Positions 20,689 to 31,990 of a stretch of 64,000 bases of DNA are shown here, in pieces; position 1 is the first letter of the stretch, and each line of letters starts with the position of its first letter. This DNA comes from Wickerhamiella versatilis (lineage: Eukaryota): NCBI GenBank assembly GCA_030867685.1, contig JAQOWU010000003.1, positions 1,178,001-1,242,000 on the forward strand, written 5' to 3'. Below the pieces are notes generated by a model. The model was not told the DNA's origin, searched no databases, and worked only from the letters and a program-made list of their open reading frames with translations. A program made the translations under genes and the position numbers.

Positions 20689-21318
20689 TTAATTCTCTTT
20701 GGTTAATGAAGAACTGACTATGTTCGCAACCTCCTGGTTTCCGGACGACGCAAGACCGTTACTCAAACTCTCTATATTAGCTTGGTCTTTATTCTGAGAC
20801 ATCTTTTTTGCACCGTCGATCTTGGTTATTGTAACTTTAACCCCAACAATGGCTCGGAGTTGTGCATCTATATACTTGTCTGGTGCATCCGTCACTTTCC
20901 ATTGCGAGTGTGTAGGTTCGAACTTTCCGGTGAGTTTGGAAACTATCTCGTAGAGTTTTTCCTTATCGGTGATAAACTCTACAGATCCATAGACATGAAA
21001 GGACTCGTAATCCCACGTGGGGACCACCTTACCATCTATAGGCTTCGATGCATACCAGCTTGGGGATATATATGCGTCAGCCCCTTGAAATATTACCAGT
21101 CCATCATGTTGGATGTCACTTTTCCACTGTTTATTAGCCTTCGCTATATGTCCGTAAAGTGTTCCAACAGGGCCTTCATCTCTCACTAACCTGAACGGCA
21201 AATGCGTTGCTGCCAATCCCTGCTGACGATCTGCCGTTACTAGAGTTGCTAGTTTACTTTGTTCAATGAAATCCAGTGCGTCTTCAGTAGGGACGCGAAA
21301 ACTTGAGGGAACATACAT
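20689..21318 (-). CDS. PaiB-family FMN/heme-binding split-barrel protein, bacterial-like
   Basis: MYVP..F start, ATHLPF, LYGHIAKANKQW, FQGADAYISPSWY.SK...GKVVPTWDY, KMSQNK. Confidence 0.9.
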   Translation of the reverse strand: MYVPSSFRVPTEDALDFIEQSKLATLVTADRQQGLAATHLPFRLVRDEGPVGTLYGHIAKANKQWKSDIQHDGLVIFQGADAYISPSWYASKPIDGKVVPTWDYESFHVYGSVEFITDKEKLYEIVSKLTGKFEPTHSQWKVTDAPDKYIDAQLRAIVGVKVTITKIDGAKKMSQNKDQANIESLSNGLASSGNQEVANIVSSSLTKEN

Positions 21319-21839
21319 GCCTTGCAACTCAATATTATCCACTAGATTTTCTTGCAGAATAAAAGTGATTCAAAAGTTGTTGGTTGGTTGCTTTTGTCCT
21401 CCAACTGTTCGATGCTCAAGGCAAATTAGCGAGATCGATATTACAATGAAAGATAACCAGCCCCATGACTAAATGACTTGTTGCTTTCATTGCTGACAGT
21501 TTTGAGTCATACCATTTTCTGATTTTCAAGGGTATTAAAATACCTTTATTATCCTTTAAGAATCCATGCAAGCTAATTTTGGCTATTAGGAACATATTCT
21601 GAGACGTATTTTTTACCCACTTAAGCTATGTCGTACGAGCACGCGGAAAAAGAGATTTCTCATCATAATTCTCCAGACTGGCTTCTTTTTTCAATTATTA
21701 TCCAGTGTCTCTATTGAAGGCAGGTCCTGTCACCTGAACGGACCGGAAGTGAGATCGGGGGGTGCCTTAGGGTTCGCATTTGCTTACTTGAGAGGAACCC
21801 CATTTTTCTACTTTCTAACAACAACAGTTCTCAACAAGT

Positions 21840-22982
21840 ATGTTGAAGTGGGCATATTCCGCAGTAGCGTCTGTTACTGGGGCACAAGAACCAGAGTATG
21901 GCGCAGAAGCATTCACTGCAATTGATGATACGGTGAAGGATGGCAATCCCTATAGCCCACTCGCTAAAGCAGACTATGAGTGGCAACAGCCGTCGCAGAG
22001 CCATGTTGAGACTCAAACTTTCTACTTTGGAGATTCAGAGCATTATGGTTTTGCTCAGTTAATTCATTCAAATCCTGTAAACCTCGCATATACTTCGCAA
22101 TTTACTTTTTTGCTACGCAAGCGCAGCGATCCCAACTTCCAGGTCTGGACCTCGCAGCACCTTGACAACGGCGAAGCGAAGGGACCCAACTTCCATGCTG
22201 ATGGTTTTGATGTAGTGTTGACGAATAATGAAACTGAATACAAGTTTACTAGTGTGGCATCCGAAGAAACCCAGTGTGAATTGCACTTTAAGCGCATCGC
22301 AGATGGCTTCAAGATAGGTAAGGATGGGCTGTCAAGGTACGGCACAGATCCCTCAGCACCTTGGGGTACAATGCGCCACATTTTCTGGCCACGAACCTCC
22401 ATAGAGGGCCGCATCGTCACCAATCGAGGTAAAGATGTTATCACCTTGAAGCACGAGAACACGTTGGGCATGTACGTTATGGCTCTACAGAATATGAAGC
22501 CCCATCATCTTGCCAAGTCATGGAATTTCCTCAATTTTCAAGGCCCTACCATTTCAGTTGTTGTCATGGAGTTCGTCACCCCTGCCTCCTATGGATACGG
22601 AAGATCGTCAGTTGGAGGTGTTGTTAAGGATGGCAAGCTTCTTTCGACTGCTGTTGGAGTGGGTATAGAGCAGAAGAATAAGGAAGAGGATCCGGTTGGC
22701 TGGTCCTATCCCAAGGCCATAAGTTTCGATCTTAAGGGACCAACCATCGACGGTAAGGATGAGGTGAGAGCTCTAGTTTCTGGTGATATCAATCTTGTGG
22801 ACAGGGTCGATGTGATGGCCGAAATTCCGGCCTTTGTGAAGCGGGTAGCGTCAGGGCTGTCCGGAGCCAGACCTTATATCTACCAGTATGCAAGTGAGCT
22901 GGAAGCCCGTGTCACTGATGGTAGTGGTAATGAATATGTGGAGAAGGGACAAGCATTTTCAGAAGCCACTTTTATCTCATAA
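21840..22982 (+). CDS. SVF1: Survival factor 1
   Basis: VTGAQEPEYG, VETQTFYF, MRHIFWPR, MKPHH.A..WNFLNFQ, RVDVMAEIP.FVK, SEATFIS. Confidence 0.95.
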   Translation: MLKWAYSAVASVTGAQEPEYGAEAFTAIDDTVKDGNPYSPLAKADYEWQQPSQSHVETQTFYFGDSEHYGFAQLIHSNPVNLAYTSQFTFLLRKRSDPNFQVWTSQHLDNGEAKGPNFHADGFDVVLTNNETEYKFTSVASEETQCELHFKRIADGFKIGKDGLSRYGTDPSAPWGTMRHIFWPRTSIEGRIVTNRGKDVITLKHENTLGMYVMALQNMKPHHLAKSWNFLNFQGPTISVVVMEFVTPASYGYGRSSVGGVVKDGKLLSTAVGVGIEQKNKEEDPVGWSYPKAISFDLKGPTIDGKDEVRALVSGDINLVDRVDVMAEIPAFVKRVASGLSGARPYIYQYASELEARVTDGSGNEYVEKGQAFSEATFIS

Positions 22983-23162
22983 GTCTATATGCTAATGTAT
23001 AATTTTGTTTTTTTCGTATCCTAGGTTCACGGGTCATGACCTGTTATGGATTTTCCTCTTAGTTTCACTACTTTAAGAACATTTAAGTGTAGTCTACACC
23101 ACTATATCAAGTTGTCATATATTCTTACTTAACTTTGAGCTGGAGCTTATTAGTTAATCACT

Positions 23163-23726
23163 ATGGTCAGTGTTTCTCTGTGGACACCGCTGGCCTACGT
23201 ATTAGTACTATTAACGGCGCTGGTCGTCTTTAGTAGCATCTATCGTGGGCGAAAGCGTGATAGACTTGCCCAGATTTCCCAGTTTTACCCTCGCAATTAT
23301 GCACAGGAGATATACCAGGATCTCAAATCTCAGCAAAAAGTTCCTCAGAAGCTCCGTAATTGTGCCTTGGTAGCATGGGCAGCAGAGGATATTACGCGCA
23401 TGATTCGCATGCGAGAGATGGAACCACATGTGGCTTCCCTACATCAGCAAGGAATCGTGGGTGATCAGTTTCACGAGATTTTCACTGGTTCGCGGAAAAT
23501 CACTGAGCAGGAACTCCCCGAGGTAGCCGCGGAGGCAGCCCAGGTTGACCCTCAGTGGAGCTATGTTATTCAGTCCGCAATGGATGTGGCCCAGCAGAAT
23601 GCTGTGAGACGCCGGATGAACCAGTTGGACGTGTTTAAGGAGGAATATCGCCAGATGGTCGGTCGCGTTCCACCAATAAATCCCGAAAAAGTTAAAATAC
23701 TTACTGAGAAGGAGAATAAGAAATAG
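23163..23726 (+). CDS. SEC66: Sec62/63 translocon subunit Sec66
   Basis: VSLWTPLAY..VL...LVVFS..YR TM segment, LH.QG.VGD, E..EVA.EA....P.W. Confidence 0.88.
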   Translation: MVSVSLWTPLAYVLVLLTALVVFSSIYRGRKRDRLAQISQFYPRNYAQEIYQDLKSQQKVPQKLRNCALVAWAAEDITRMIRMREMEPHVASLHQQGIVGDQFHEIFTGSRKITEQELPEVAAEAAQVDPQWSYVIQSAMDVAQQNAVRRRMNQLDVFKEEYRQMVGRVPPINPEKVKILTEKENKK

Positions 23727-23877
23727 ATGTGTTAACTGGTTGCTATACGTATAAAAATTGTTATTTTCTGGCAGCTCCCTTGTGTCCGCACATCCCGCAC
23801 AGAAGTAAAACAAAGTACCCCCCGCTTGATCTTTAGCTTAACTACAGCAAATTCATAAGAAGGGTTTATATACAGCT

Positions 23878-25635
23878 CTAGGTTCTCATACTATCCAACC
23901 GTGCTATAGGCTTGTAGCGCTTCTTGGTAACTACTTTGAAGGACGGATCAGTTTCCATTTCTGGATTGAAATGACGCAAAATATCCTTCCAAGTCTCACC
24001 AGCTCTGAAAGTAACCTCAGCCGCTTTCTTCCGGTTAAGGAATTCATGCGCGAATCTTCTACCATCCAAAGTGGTCGCATAACTAAAAATGCTTTCCGAA
24101 ATGAAATCTCTCGCATCCTGTGTATTAGGCAAAGACAAGAAAACCTCTAAAAGCTCCATGTGATCAACATCTCTTTTCAATCCTTGTCGGAAGGTGACTT
24201 TGGCCCATTGTACTAGTTCGTCAGCTGGAGAAGCCTTCTTTGGTTGCGTACGGGGGGCTGAAGGCTTATGTAGTGGTTTTGGAACCGTCCTTCTTGGGCT
24301 GGATGTTGTATTAGATGCTTGTGTGGGATTCGATGCAGGCTCGGGCACATTCCACGCAGCAGGTGTTTTTGGAACTGCTGGAGTAACTGTCTGTTGACTT
24401 TTCTGGACAGTTGGTCGTACAACCATCCCATTCTGTCCACCCAAAACAGCCGCATAAGTGCCCTTCTGCTGTTGCTGAGACCGTACTGGCTTCTTTGCTT
24501 GCTGCTCCTTTCGAATTTCCGCTATGGACTTCGGTGGTGCGCTTGGACTTGAATTTTTTGAGACCCACGTTGGCTGGGAAACTGATTGAGTATCTGCTTT
24601 CTTGTCCGAGACAGTTGGTGTTGCGAAATCCTCGATTTGAGCTGAGGCCGCTTCCGCTGCTGCCACGGCTGCTGCTTCCATTTCAGCGTTTCTGTCACGT
24701 TTACGCTCCATTTCACGTTCTTTTACTTCTTTCAAACTCAACCGGGGCGATGATGTGGCATTGGAGGCTGGTTTACCCCACACATTGCTTGTGGGGGCAG
24801 GAGCTGGGGCTATGGGGGTAGAAACATTTTCTACTGACTTCTCAGAAGCGACTTCGTGGGAAATCGCATCTGTAGTAGTTTCATCTGTAGTTGCCTTTTC
24901 CTTTGGCCGGCTAGCTGCAGAAACTTGCTCGTCGTGTGGTTGGGATGGGGGTCCTTTTGCTGAACTATACGGTGTACTTTCAATATCAGCCTTGTCTGTA
25001 GGTTCTTCGATTGCTAAATCTGAGAGGATTCCCGAGACATGCTGGTCTAACTCCGGGCTTGCTTCATGGGACAGCTTTGCCACTTCGCTTGGCTGTCCCC
25101 ATGAAGCAGGTCCCAAAGCAGAAGCGCTTTTTTGGTCGGTTGATACATATGGATGGTCATGAATAGGCTCGGTATTGGAAGGAGTCCATGATCTAGAAAG
25201 AAACAGTTGGTCCCACACATCCAAAGGCAGTACAGCCTCGAAAGGATTCTGTTGAGCTAGATTCTGCACAAGTCTGCCGAGAGCGATCCACTCTTTATCC
25301 TGAATTCGGCGCAACTGGAGGTCCTCAGGTAACCAGCCAGCTCGAAACCATCCGTTCATTTGTACCCCGTCAAAAGGGCCCTGCACCTGCCCACTCGCAT
25401 CCAAATATATCCACTGAATAGCGCCGGGAGCTAATACCCTATTAGGAGGTGGTGTCCCCACGCTGGGTATAGCAGAAGGCCCCCCGCCGTTCGGCAGGCC
25501 CTCAGCCCCAGTCCCATAGAAGAGTCCTCCTCGTCCAAGGCTTGGCGATGGTGATACTGATCGCGAAGAGATCGACGCAAGATGCGAAGCGCGCACCTTC
25601 GGCGAGTCTACCCAATATGGCTGTTGGTGAACCAT
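23878..25635 (-). CDS. SMY2: GYF-domain protein, Smy2/Syh1 family
   Basis: WIYLDASGQVQGPFDGVQMNGWFRAGW GYF domain and a C-terminal TLDGRRFAHEFL..K GIGYF motif. Confidence 0.8.
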   Translation of the reverse strand: MVHQQPYWVDSPKVRASHLASISSRSVSPSPSLGRGGLFYGTGAEGLPNGGGPSAIPSVGTPPPNRVLAPGAIQWIYLDASGQVQGPFDGVQMNGWFRAGWLPEDLQLRRIQDKEWIALGRLVQNLAQQNPFEAVLPLDVWDQLFLSRSWTPSNTEPIHDHPYVSTDQKSASALGPASWGQPSEVAKLSHEASPELDQHVSGILSDLAIEEPTDKADIESTPYSSAKGPPSQPHDEQVSAASRPKEKATTDETTTDAISHEVASEKSVENVSTPIAPAPAPTSNVWGKPASNATSSPRLSLKEVKEREMERKRDRNAEMEAAAVAAAEAASAQIEDFATPTVSDKKADTQSVSQPTWVSKNSSPSAPPKSIAEIRKEQQAKKPVRSQQQQKGTYAAVLGGQNGMVVRPTVQKSQQTVTPAVPKTPAAWNVPEPASNPTQASNTTSSPRRTVPKPLHKPSAPRTQPKKASPADELVQWAKVTFRQGLKRDVDHMELLEVFLSLPNTQDARDFISESIFSYATTLDGRRFAHEFLNRKKAAEVTFRAGETWKDILRHFNPEMETDPSFKVVTKKRYKPIARLDSMRT

Positions 25636-26025
25636 ATATTCAGTTGTATTACTCGCTTACACCGACACTTCTTCAAGAGGGAGTTAGTTGGATGTATACC
25701 CTAACCCATTTGTAGAATTCGCAGACTCCTGCTAAATATTTCAAAATCTGTGGTAGATTAGATCGCTAAACTAATGGAAGAATATACATAATATGATAGA
25801 GTCTGTCTATCTGACCGTATCTATATTTAGAGAACATGCTGCAATAAGCAGACAGAACTGCTTAGCACTATACCCCTGTCTTTATCAACAAAGCACTATC
25901 CAGTTTATTTTATTGCTATTCAGTGTTTAACCTAAACACTGACAATTTGCAGTCGATCTGGTGCCTATATCCGACTAGTGCTTATATAATTTTTTTTGTC
26001 GATTGACGAGGCATCAATAGTGAAA

Positions 26026-26538
26026 ATGGCTCGCCCAGGCATGCGTAAAACCAAGACGAAAAGGTATCGTCGTGATGCCGATCAGATATTGCACGATGAC
26101 CTCTCTAGTGCTGCTCGCATTGAACAGCTCAAGAATCAAAAGTTTGATGAGTACAAACCTGGCTTGGGTCAACACTACTGCATACCATGTGCAAAGTACT
26201 ATGAAAGTTCAGAAGCTCTGAAATCTCATCAAAAGTCAAAGGTTCACAAACGAGCCATCCGTGCGTTACGGTTCGGTCCTTACACGAAGGAAGAGGCTAA
26301 TGCAGCTGGTGGTCACAATGTTGAAAAGTATCTCAGAAAAAGACAGCAGCAGCTGGAGATACACACACTACCTGAAACTCAAGCTGAGCTGATCCATAAA
26401 GAAGTCTCGGAGGGAATGGATGTTGAGGATCCGCAGCAGGAGCAATCCAGTACCACTGAACCCCTAGCCAATTCGGAAATCAAGGAGCAGGACTTACCAG
26501 AGGCTCCGCCGCACGATGACGTTGGTATTTCTATGTAG
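26026..26538 (+). CDS. BUD20: C2H2 zinc-finger pre-60S factor
   Basis: KTKRYRRDADQI, PGLGQHYCIPCAKYY, H.KSKVHKR, PYT.EEA.AA.G. Start at ATG 26026. Confidence 0.92.
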   Translation: MARPGMRKTKTKRYRRDADQILHDDLSSAARIEQLKNQKFDEYKPGLGQHYCIPCAKYYESSEALKSHQKSKVHKRAIRALRFGPYTKEEANAAGGHNVEKYLRKRQQQLEIHTLPETQAELIHKEVSEGMDVEDPQQEQSSTTEPLANSEIKEQDLPEAPPHDDVGISM

Positions 26539-26753
26539 CTCGCTGGACGAGAGGAGAGATGCATATTAGACTTATTATTCTAATGAAGAAAATTTACGAA
26601 GAGCCATGTGGGAATCACTTACTGTCTTAAATATAATATGGTAGAGCATCAAGCTAAGCCTGATTTTCGTTATCTACGGCGATTGAGCTCATGAAACTAA
26701 CGTGGTGGTATGTTGCAAAGCAAAAGCAAACGCAAAAGAGTTAAGGTATCACG

Positions 26754-28232
26754 TCAATCGTTTAGATTGGTTATAGAGTCCGAGACCACCCCTACAAGTT
26801 CATTCGTGGTTCTCGCAATATCATAAGATACTGCAGCAAGACGTTGTTTTATCTGAGAATCGATTTTAGAGGACCTTTCGGAACGGGACAGCTGATTTTC
26901 CAAACGGGACATGCGTATCTGACATTCATGGAGGTTTTCAATGAAGAATGCTACTTTTTCGTGCACTAGTAGTGTCGCTGTAGCAGATTTATTGATAGAT
27001 GAGCCTGTCGCCGTAAGCATGGTATTTAATGATTCAGATATTTGTTTTGCTTTCCGAGATAGAACATCGAGTGTAGCATTGTGTCTGATCTCGGTTAAGA
27101 GAGAACCTACCCTATCAGCTGTTGCCCCAGCTTCTCTATCCAGGACATCATAAAGTTCATGAATGGAACCCCCGCGAGATAATTCTGTTTGAGTAGCTGA
27201 TGGGATCGTAATAGATCTTCGAGCACGATCAGCTCTTGAGTCTGGCGTCCCACTGCCACGGTAGACTAGAGTACGCCTAAGTAGATCAGCTGTTGTCATC
27301 GCGAGTTCAGTTAGCCTAGCATCCACTAGTACAATGCTGTGTAGCCCAGTAGCTGCAGACATCTCTTCTATTGTTTTTTTCAACTCAGCTACAGCATCTT
27401 CGATAACAATCAAATAAGGCTTAAAAATCGAAGTGTCAACATCTTCGACCAGGGCGCTGATTGCTGATTCTACAGACAATAGAAGCTTTTTCACATTCGA
27501 CACATTGGCATGAATAGCATAAAGTAAATTGTCTAAAGCCTGTTGCGCTGCTTTCACTTTTTTCTCCTTGACCCCAATACGTGATGAAACATATTGTTCA
27601 TCCACTAAACCTGGGATAGTAGGAACAGTGGTATTGTCACGTATAAACTTCTGACGGGATAAACGCTTGCGCCGGATATCGAATAAAAATAGAGAAGCTT
27701 CGCGTCTAACTCGATCGGTCAATGCTCTTTGTTTTGTTAGTTCCGACTCCAGCATCTGAAACTCCTTGATTGATCTACAAAGACCAATATTTTGCTGCTG
27801 AAGATCTTCTACCTGACTGAAGCTTTTTCTAAGTTGAATTTTAAGCCTTGTTACTTCGGCCTCTAGTACGTTGATGCGAATCGCATCCGGGTTTCTTTCA
27901 AGACTGTTGCGTTTAACGAAATTGTGAGCTAAAGTTGATGCTACCCGTGGTTTCAGCGGAGGTATAGGTCTAATTTCTTTATACCTTCCTTCATATTCTG
28001 AGAGAATATCTCGGCACATAGCATCAATTCTCCTTCTGGAGATACCGTTAATCATTTTTTGAGAATCCGACTTCGGACTCTCGTGCAACACTGCCAGCAT
28101 ATCCTCAGCCAGAAAGTTTAGTTCCTCTTCACTAAACTTTTCCAGCTTGTGTTGATATGGTGTATGCTCTCTACCTTTCGTAAAGGCAAAGGCAGAGAGC
28201 TCTGTCCATAACTGAATAGCCTTCTTCGACAT
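26754..28232 (-). CDS. Short, divergent Spa2-like polarisome protein
   Basis: Degenerate SHD-I repeats (KLEKFSEEELNFLAEDM; RIDAMCRDILSEYEGRY), a coiled coil, and a GIT1_C-like end KQRLAAVSYDIARTTNELV. Confidence 0.6.
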   Translation of the reverse strand: MSKKAIQLWTELSAFAFTKGREHTPYQHKLEKFSEEELNFLAEDMLAVLHESPKSDSQKMINGISRRRIDAMCRDILSEYEGRYKEIRPIPPLKPRVASTLAHNFVKRNSLERNPDAIRINVLEAEVTRLKIQLRKSFSQVEDLQQQNIGLCRSIKEFQMLESELTKQRALTDRVRREASLFLFDIRRKRLSRQKFIRDNTTVPTIPGLVDEQYVSSRIGVKEKKVKAAQQALDNLLYAIHANVSNVKKLLLSVESAISALVEDVDTSIFKPYLIVIEDAVAELKKTIEEMSAATGLHSIVLVDARLTELAMTTADLLRRTLVYRGSGTPDSRADRARRSITIPSATQTELSRGGSIHELYDVLDREAGATADRVGSLLTEIRHNATLDVLSRKAKQISESLNTMLTATGSSINKSATATLLVHEKVAFFIENLHECQIRMSRLENQLSRSERSSKIDSQIKQRLAAVSYDIARTTNELVGVVSDSITNLND

Positions 28233-28541
28233 AGTTGTATCACTCAATCAATGTGCAATATCAAGTAAGAGCCTTAAAAAAACACTTCTGTCTTCCAGAC
28301 AGGCAAAGTACTGTTAGTGTGAAGAGATATGGACTTGCGTGGGATAAACACTAATGAAAGGGGTGATGCGAGGGGCACAATGTGAGACATGCAGACCATC
28401 ATGCCGAGTCACATAGAGTTCGAAAGATTGTATTAGAGCGACGAAAACAAATATAGAGAATAGATGAATTGATAAAAAATATTACGATACTTCACATATT
28501 CGAAACATATACTTTTCGAATGATCAGCTATCACATCAATT

Positions 28542-28615
28542 GGGCATTTGGTGTAGTTGGTTATCACGTGCGCTTAGCATGCGCGAGGTCCCCGGTTCGA
28601 CTCCGGTAATGTCCA
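28542..28615 (+). tRNA. tRNA-Ala(AGC), copy 1
   Basis: Cloverleaf: acceptor GGGCATT/AATGTCC with G3:U70, anticodon arm TGCGC-TT AGC AT-GCGCG, TTCGA T-loop, followed by a T-run terminator. Confidence 0.95.
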
Positions 28616-28698
28616 CTTTTTGATATTTTTTTACCTCTGTGGTCTAGTGTGAAAAGATTGAGTGTCCACAGCGCGAAAAGCCAAATGACATACTAAGC

Positions 28699-28772
28699 GG
28701 GCATTTGGTGTAGTTGGTTATCACGTGCGCTTAGCATGCGCGAGGTCCCCGGTTCGACTCCGGTAATGTCCA
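28699..28772 (+). tRNA. tRNA-Ala(AGC), copy 2
   Basis: Identical 74-nt sequence to 28542-28615, followed by a T-run. Confidence 0.95.
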
Positions 28773-28948
28773 TTTTTGATATAACTTTTTTATTTTTACT
28801 TCTGCTAGTTTATTTAGTTGGAAAAATGAACTGTCGCAGCGTAAAAAATGCACTGGCAGAAGTCGCCACTAATCTTAAAGTTATGAAGCTACATGTCCTT
28901 GCTTCGCAGACACTGCTCTGTAGTGTCTGAATAACTATGCGGCACAAG

Positions 28949-30151
28949 TTAGAATGTGATAACTGAGCGAATCGCTTTGCCTTGGTCCAACAAATCGAAA
29001 CCTTCATTGATGTCCTCAAAAGCAATAACAGAGGACATGAGCTTATCAACCGGAAGCCTACCTTGTTGGAAGAGAGAAATATAACGCGGGACATCACGCG
29101 ATGGGACGCAAGAACCCATATAACTTCCTGCTATAACGGTTTCGCCACCTACAAGTTTCGATACATCAACAGGCAAGTAAGATCCAGCAGGAGGGAGTCC
29201 AGCAGTCACCGTCTTACCACCTCTTTTCGTTAGAGAGACGGCAGACTCAAGCGCTTTGATGACCCCAGCAGTTTCAATAACCACGTTGAAATGGCCGGCA
29301 TATTTTGATGCCTCGTTGGCAGGCACTGCGTCTGTTGCACCGACCTCTTTTGCCAGATCAAGCTTTGATTGTAGCATATCTATGGCCACCACTTCGGCAG
29401 CTCCTGCGGCCTTAGCTCCCATCACAGCACTAAGACCAACACCACCAAGACCGACCACGGCGACAGCATCACCAGGGCGGACCCGAGCCGTATTAATGGC
29501 AGCCCCAACACCTGTCATCACTGCACATCCAAACAATGCAGCATGGCGGAAGTCGAGGTCTGGATCAATCTTGACGACCGAATCAGTGGACACAACCGCA
29601 TGATCCGCAAAACCCGATACACCCAAATGATGATTGACCTCATGTCCACTTGAATCAGTAAGATGTCTATCACCATTCATGAGAACACCGAGTGTGTTTG
29701 CTTTGAGCCCTGGCTCGCATAGTGCCCCACGTCCGTCCTGGCAAGGATCACAATGGCCACAGCTAGGGGTGAAACTCATGACAACATGATCACCGACACT
29801 GAGACCAGATACGCCCGGACCGAGACTTACAACCTCACCTGCAGCCTCATGGCCCATTGCGAGAGGTACGGGTCGCTTCCGCGATCCATTAATGGCAGAT
29901 AGATCTGAATGACAGAGCCCGGCGGCTCGAATACGAACAAGAATTTCAGCATTGCCCGGTGGTGAAAGCTTTAGGGTCTCGATAGAAAGCGGCTTGGAGG
30001 CAGCGTACGGTTTGGCCATACCCATCGTTCGAAGAACTGCTGCTCGAATCTGCATTGTGGAGAATGTCTTAGTAAGAAAGTGATGCGAATGGGGTAGACA
30101 TATCGCGTTTACCCGTATATGACTGGGGGGGGGTCTAAAAAAGGCAGCCAT
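28949..30151 (-). CDS. Zn-dependent alcohol dehydrogenase (MDR), bacterial-type, with possible N-terminal targeting extension
   Basis: GLCHSD, GHE, CGHCDPC..G...LC, FGCAVMTG, GLGGVG and AID (NAD). The catalytic domain begins at ATG 30055 (MQIRAAVL); an upstream in-frame ATG at 30151 adds 32 aa. Confidence 0.9.
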   Translation of the reverse strand: MAAFFRPPPSHIRVNAICLPHSHHFLTKTFSTMQIRAAVLRTMGMAKPYAASKPLSIETLKLSPPGNAEILVRIRAAGLCHSDLSAINGSRKRPVPLAMGHEAAGEVVSLGPGVSGLSVGDHVVMSFTPSCGHCDPCQDGRGALCEPGLKANTLGVLMNGDRHLTDSSGHEVNHHLGVSGFADHAVVSTDSVVKIDPDLDFRHAALFGCAVMTGVGAAINTARVRPGDAVAVVGLGGVGLSAVMGAKAAGAAEVVAIDMLQSKLDLAKEVGATDAVPANEASKYAGHFNVVIETAGVIKALESAVSLTKRGGKTVTAGLPPAGSYLPVDVSKLVGGETVIAGSYMGSCVPSRDVPRYISLFQQGRLPVDKLMSSVIAFEDINEGFDLLDQGKAIRSVITF

Positions 30152-30413
30152 CGCCGAGAGTCGGAGCTGCTTTCCTAATTTCTACCGTAATATATCCTAC
30201 ATAACAAAGGAAATTATCTGCCATTCACCGGAAATTTTCGTGTGCTGTTATCAATTTCATATTATTCTAGAAAAAGAGCATATATATTGAGGACTACACT
30301 TTTTTCCAACGGGTATCGATGATTCATCATCAACTTGCTATCAATGGAACGTTCCATATTTCATCGGCGTTCGATAATTTCAAATTACATAACTATCCCG
30401 GTGACATTGATAA

Positions 30414-31604
<1,191 letters not shown>

Positions 31605-31759
31605 ATTAGAATAGAATGAATGTACTTGCTGCTTTCAAAATCAAGTGTCGGTGTGCGATAAGAGGATTACATGCTTAGATCTCAATATGGTCCACATATT
31701 GGTCTGCCAGATAAATTGAATATGATCTATCAATTAATCTCTCAAGATCATACAAAGGG

Positions 31760-31990
31760 CCAATTATTATTGGCACAATAATAAAATAAATGCATAAATG
31801 GGGTTATTAATCGGACTTTGGAATAGCTTCTTCTTCACTCATATCTAAACAGAAACGCTCCTAAACCTTTTACAGGTTGGTAACTTGGAAGTAGATAAGA
31901 TTATTATCCACTAAAAGGCATTGATAATGGCTCCAATGATATGGACTTCGGTAGATATTTTGAGTGCTGTCATCAAATTGTGGGCTGAAA
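31760..31990 (-). pseudogene. Degenerate duplicate fragment of the VPS34 3' end
   Basis: 31823-31871 matches 32255-32303 with 2 mismatches. Flanking patches match more weakly, so the boundaries are approximate. Confidence 0.7.

Noticed and set aside
28633-28672. A-box-like GTGGTCTAGTG with short CTGTGG/CCACAG arms between the two tRNAs
   Set aside because: No B-box/T-arm or cloverleaf; not supportable as a tRNA relic.
28736-28930. 64-aa ORF starting within tRNA-Ala copy 2 (likewise 36597-36833 over the tRNA-Met)
   Set aside because: It overlaps a tRNA gene and its T-rich terminator; spurious.
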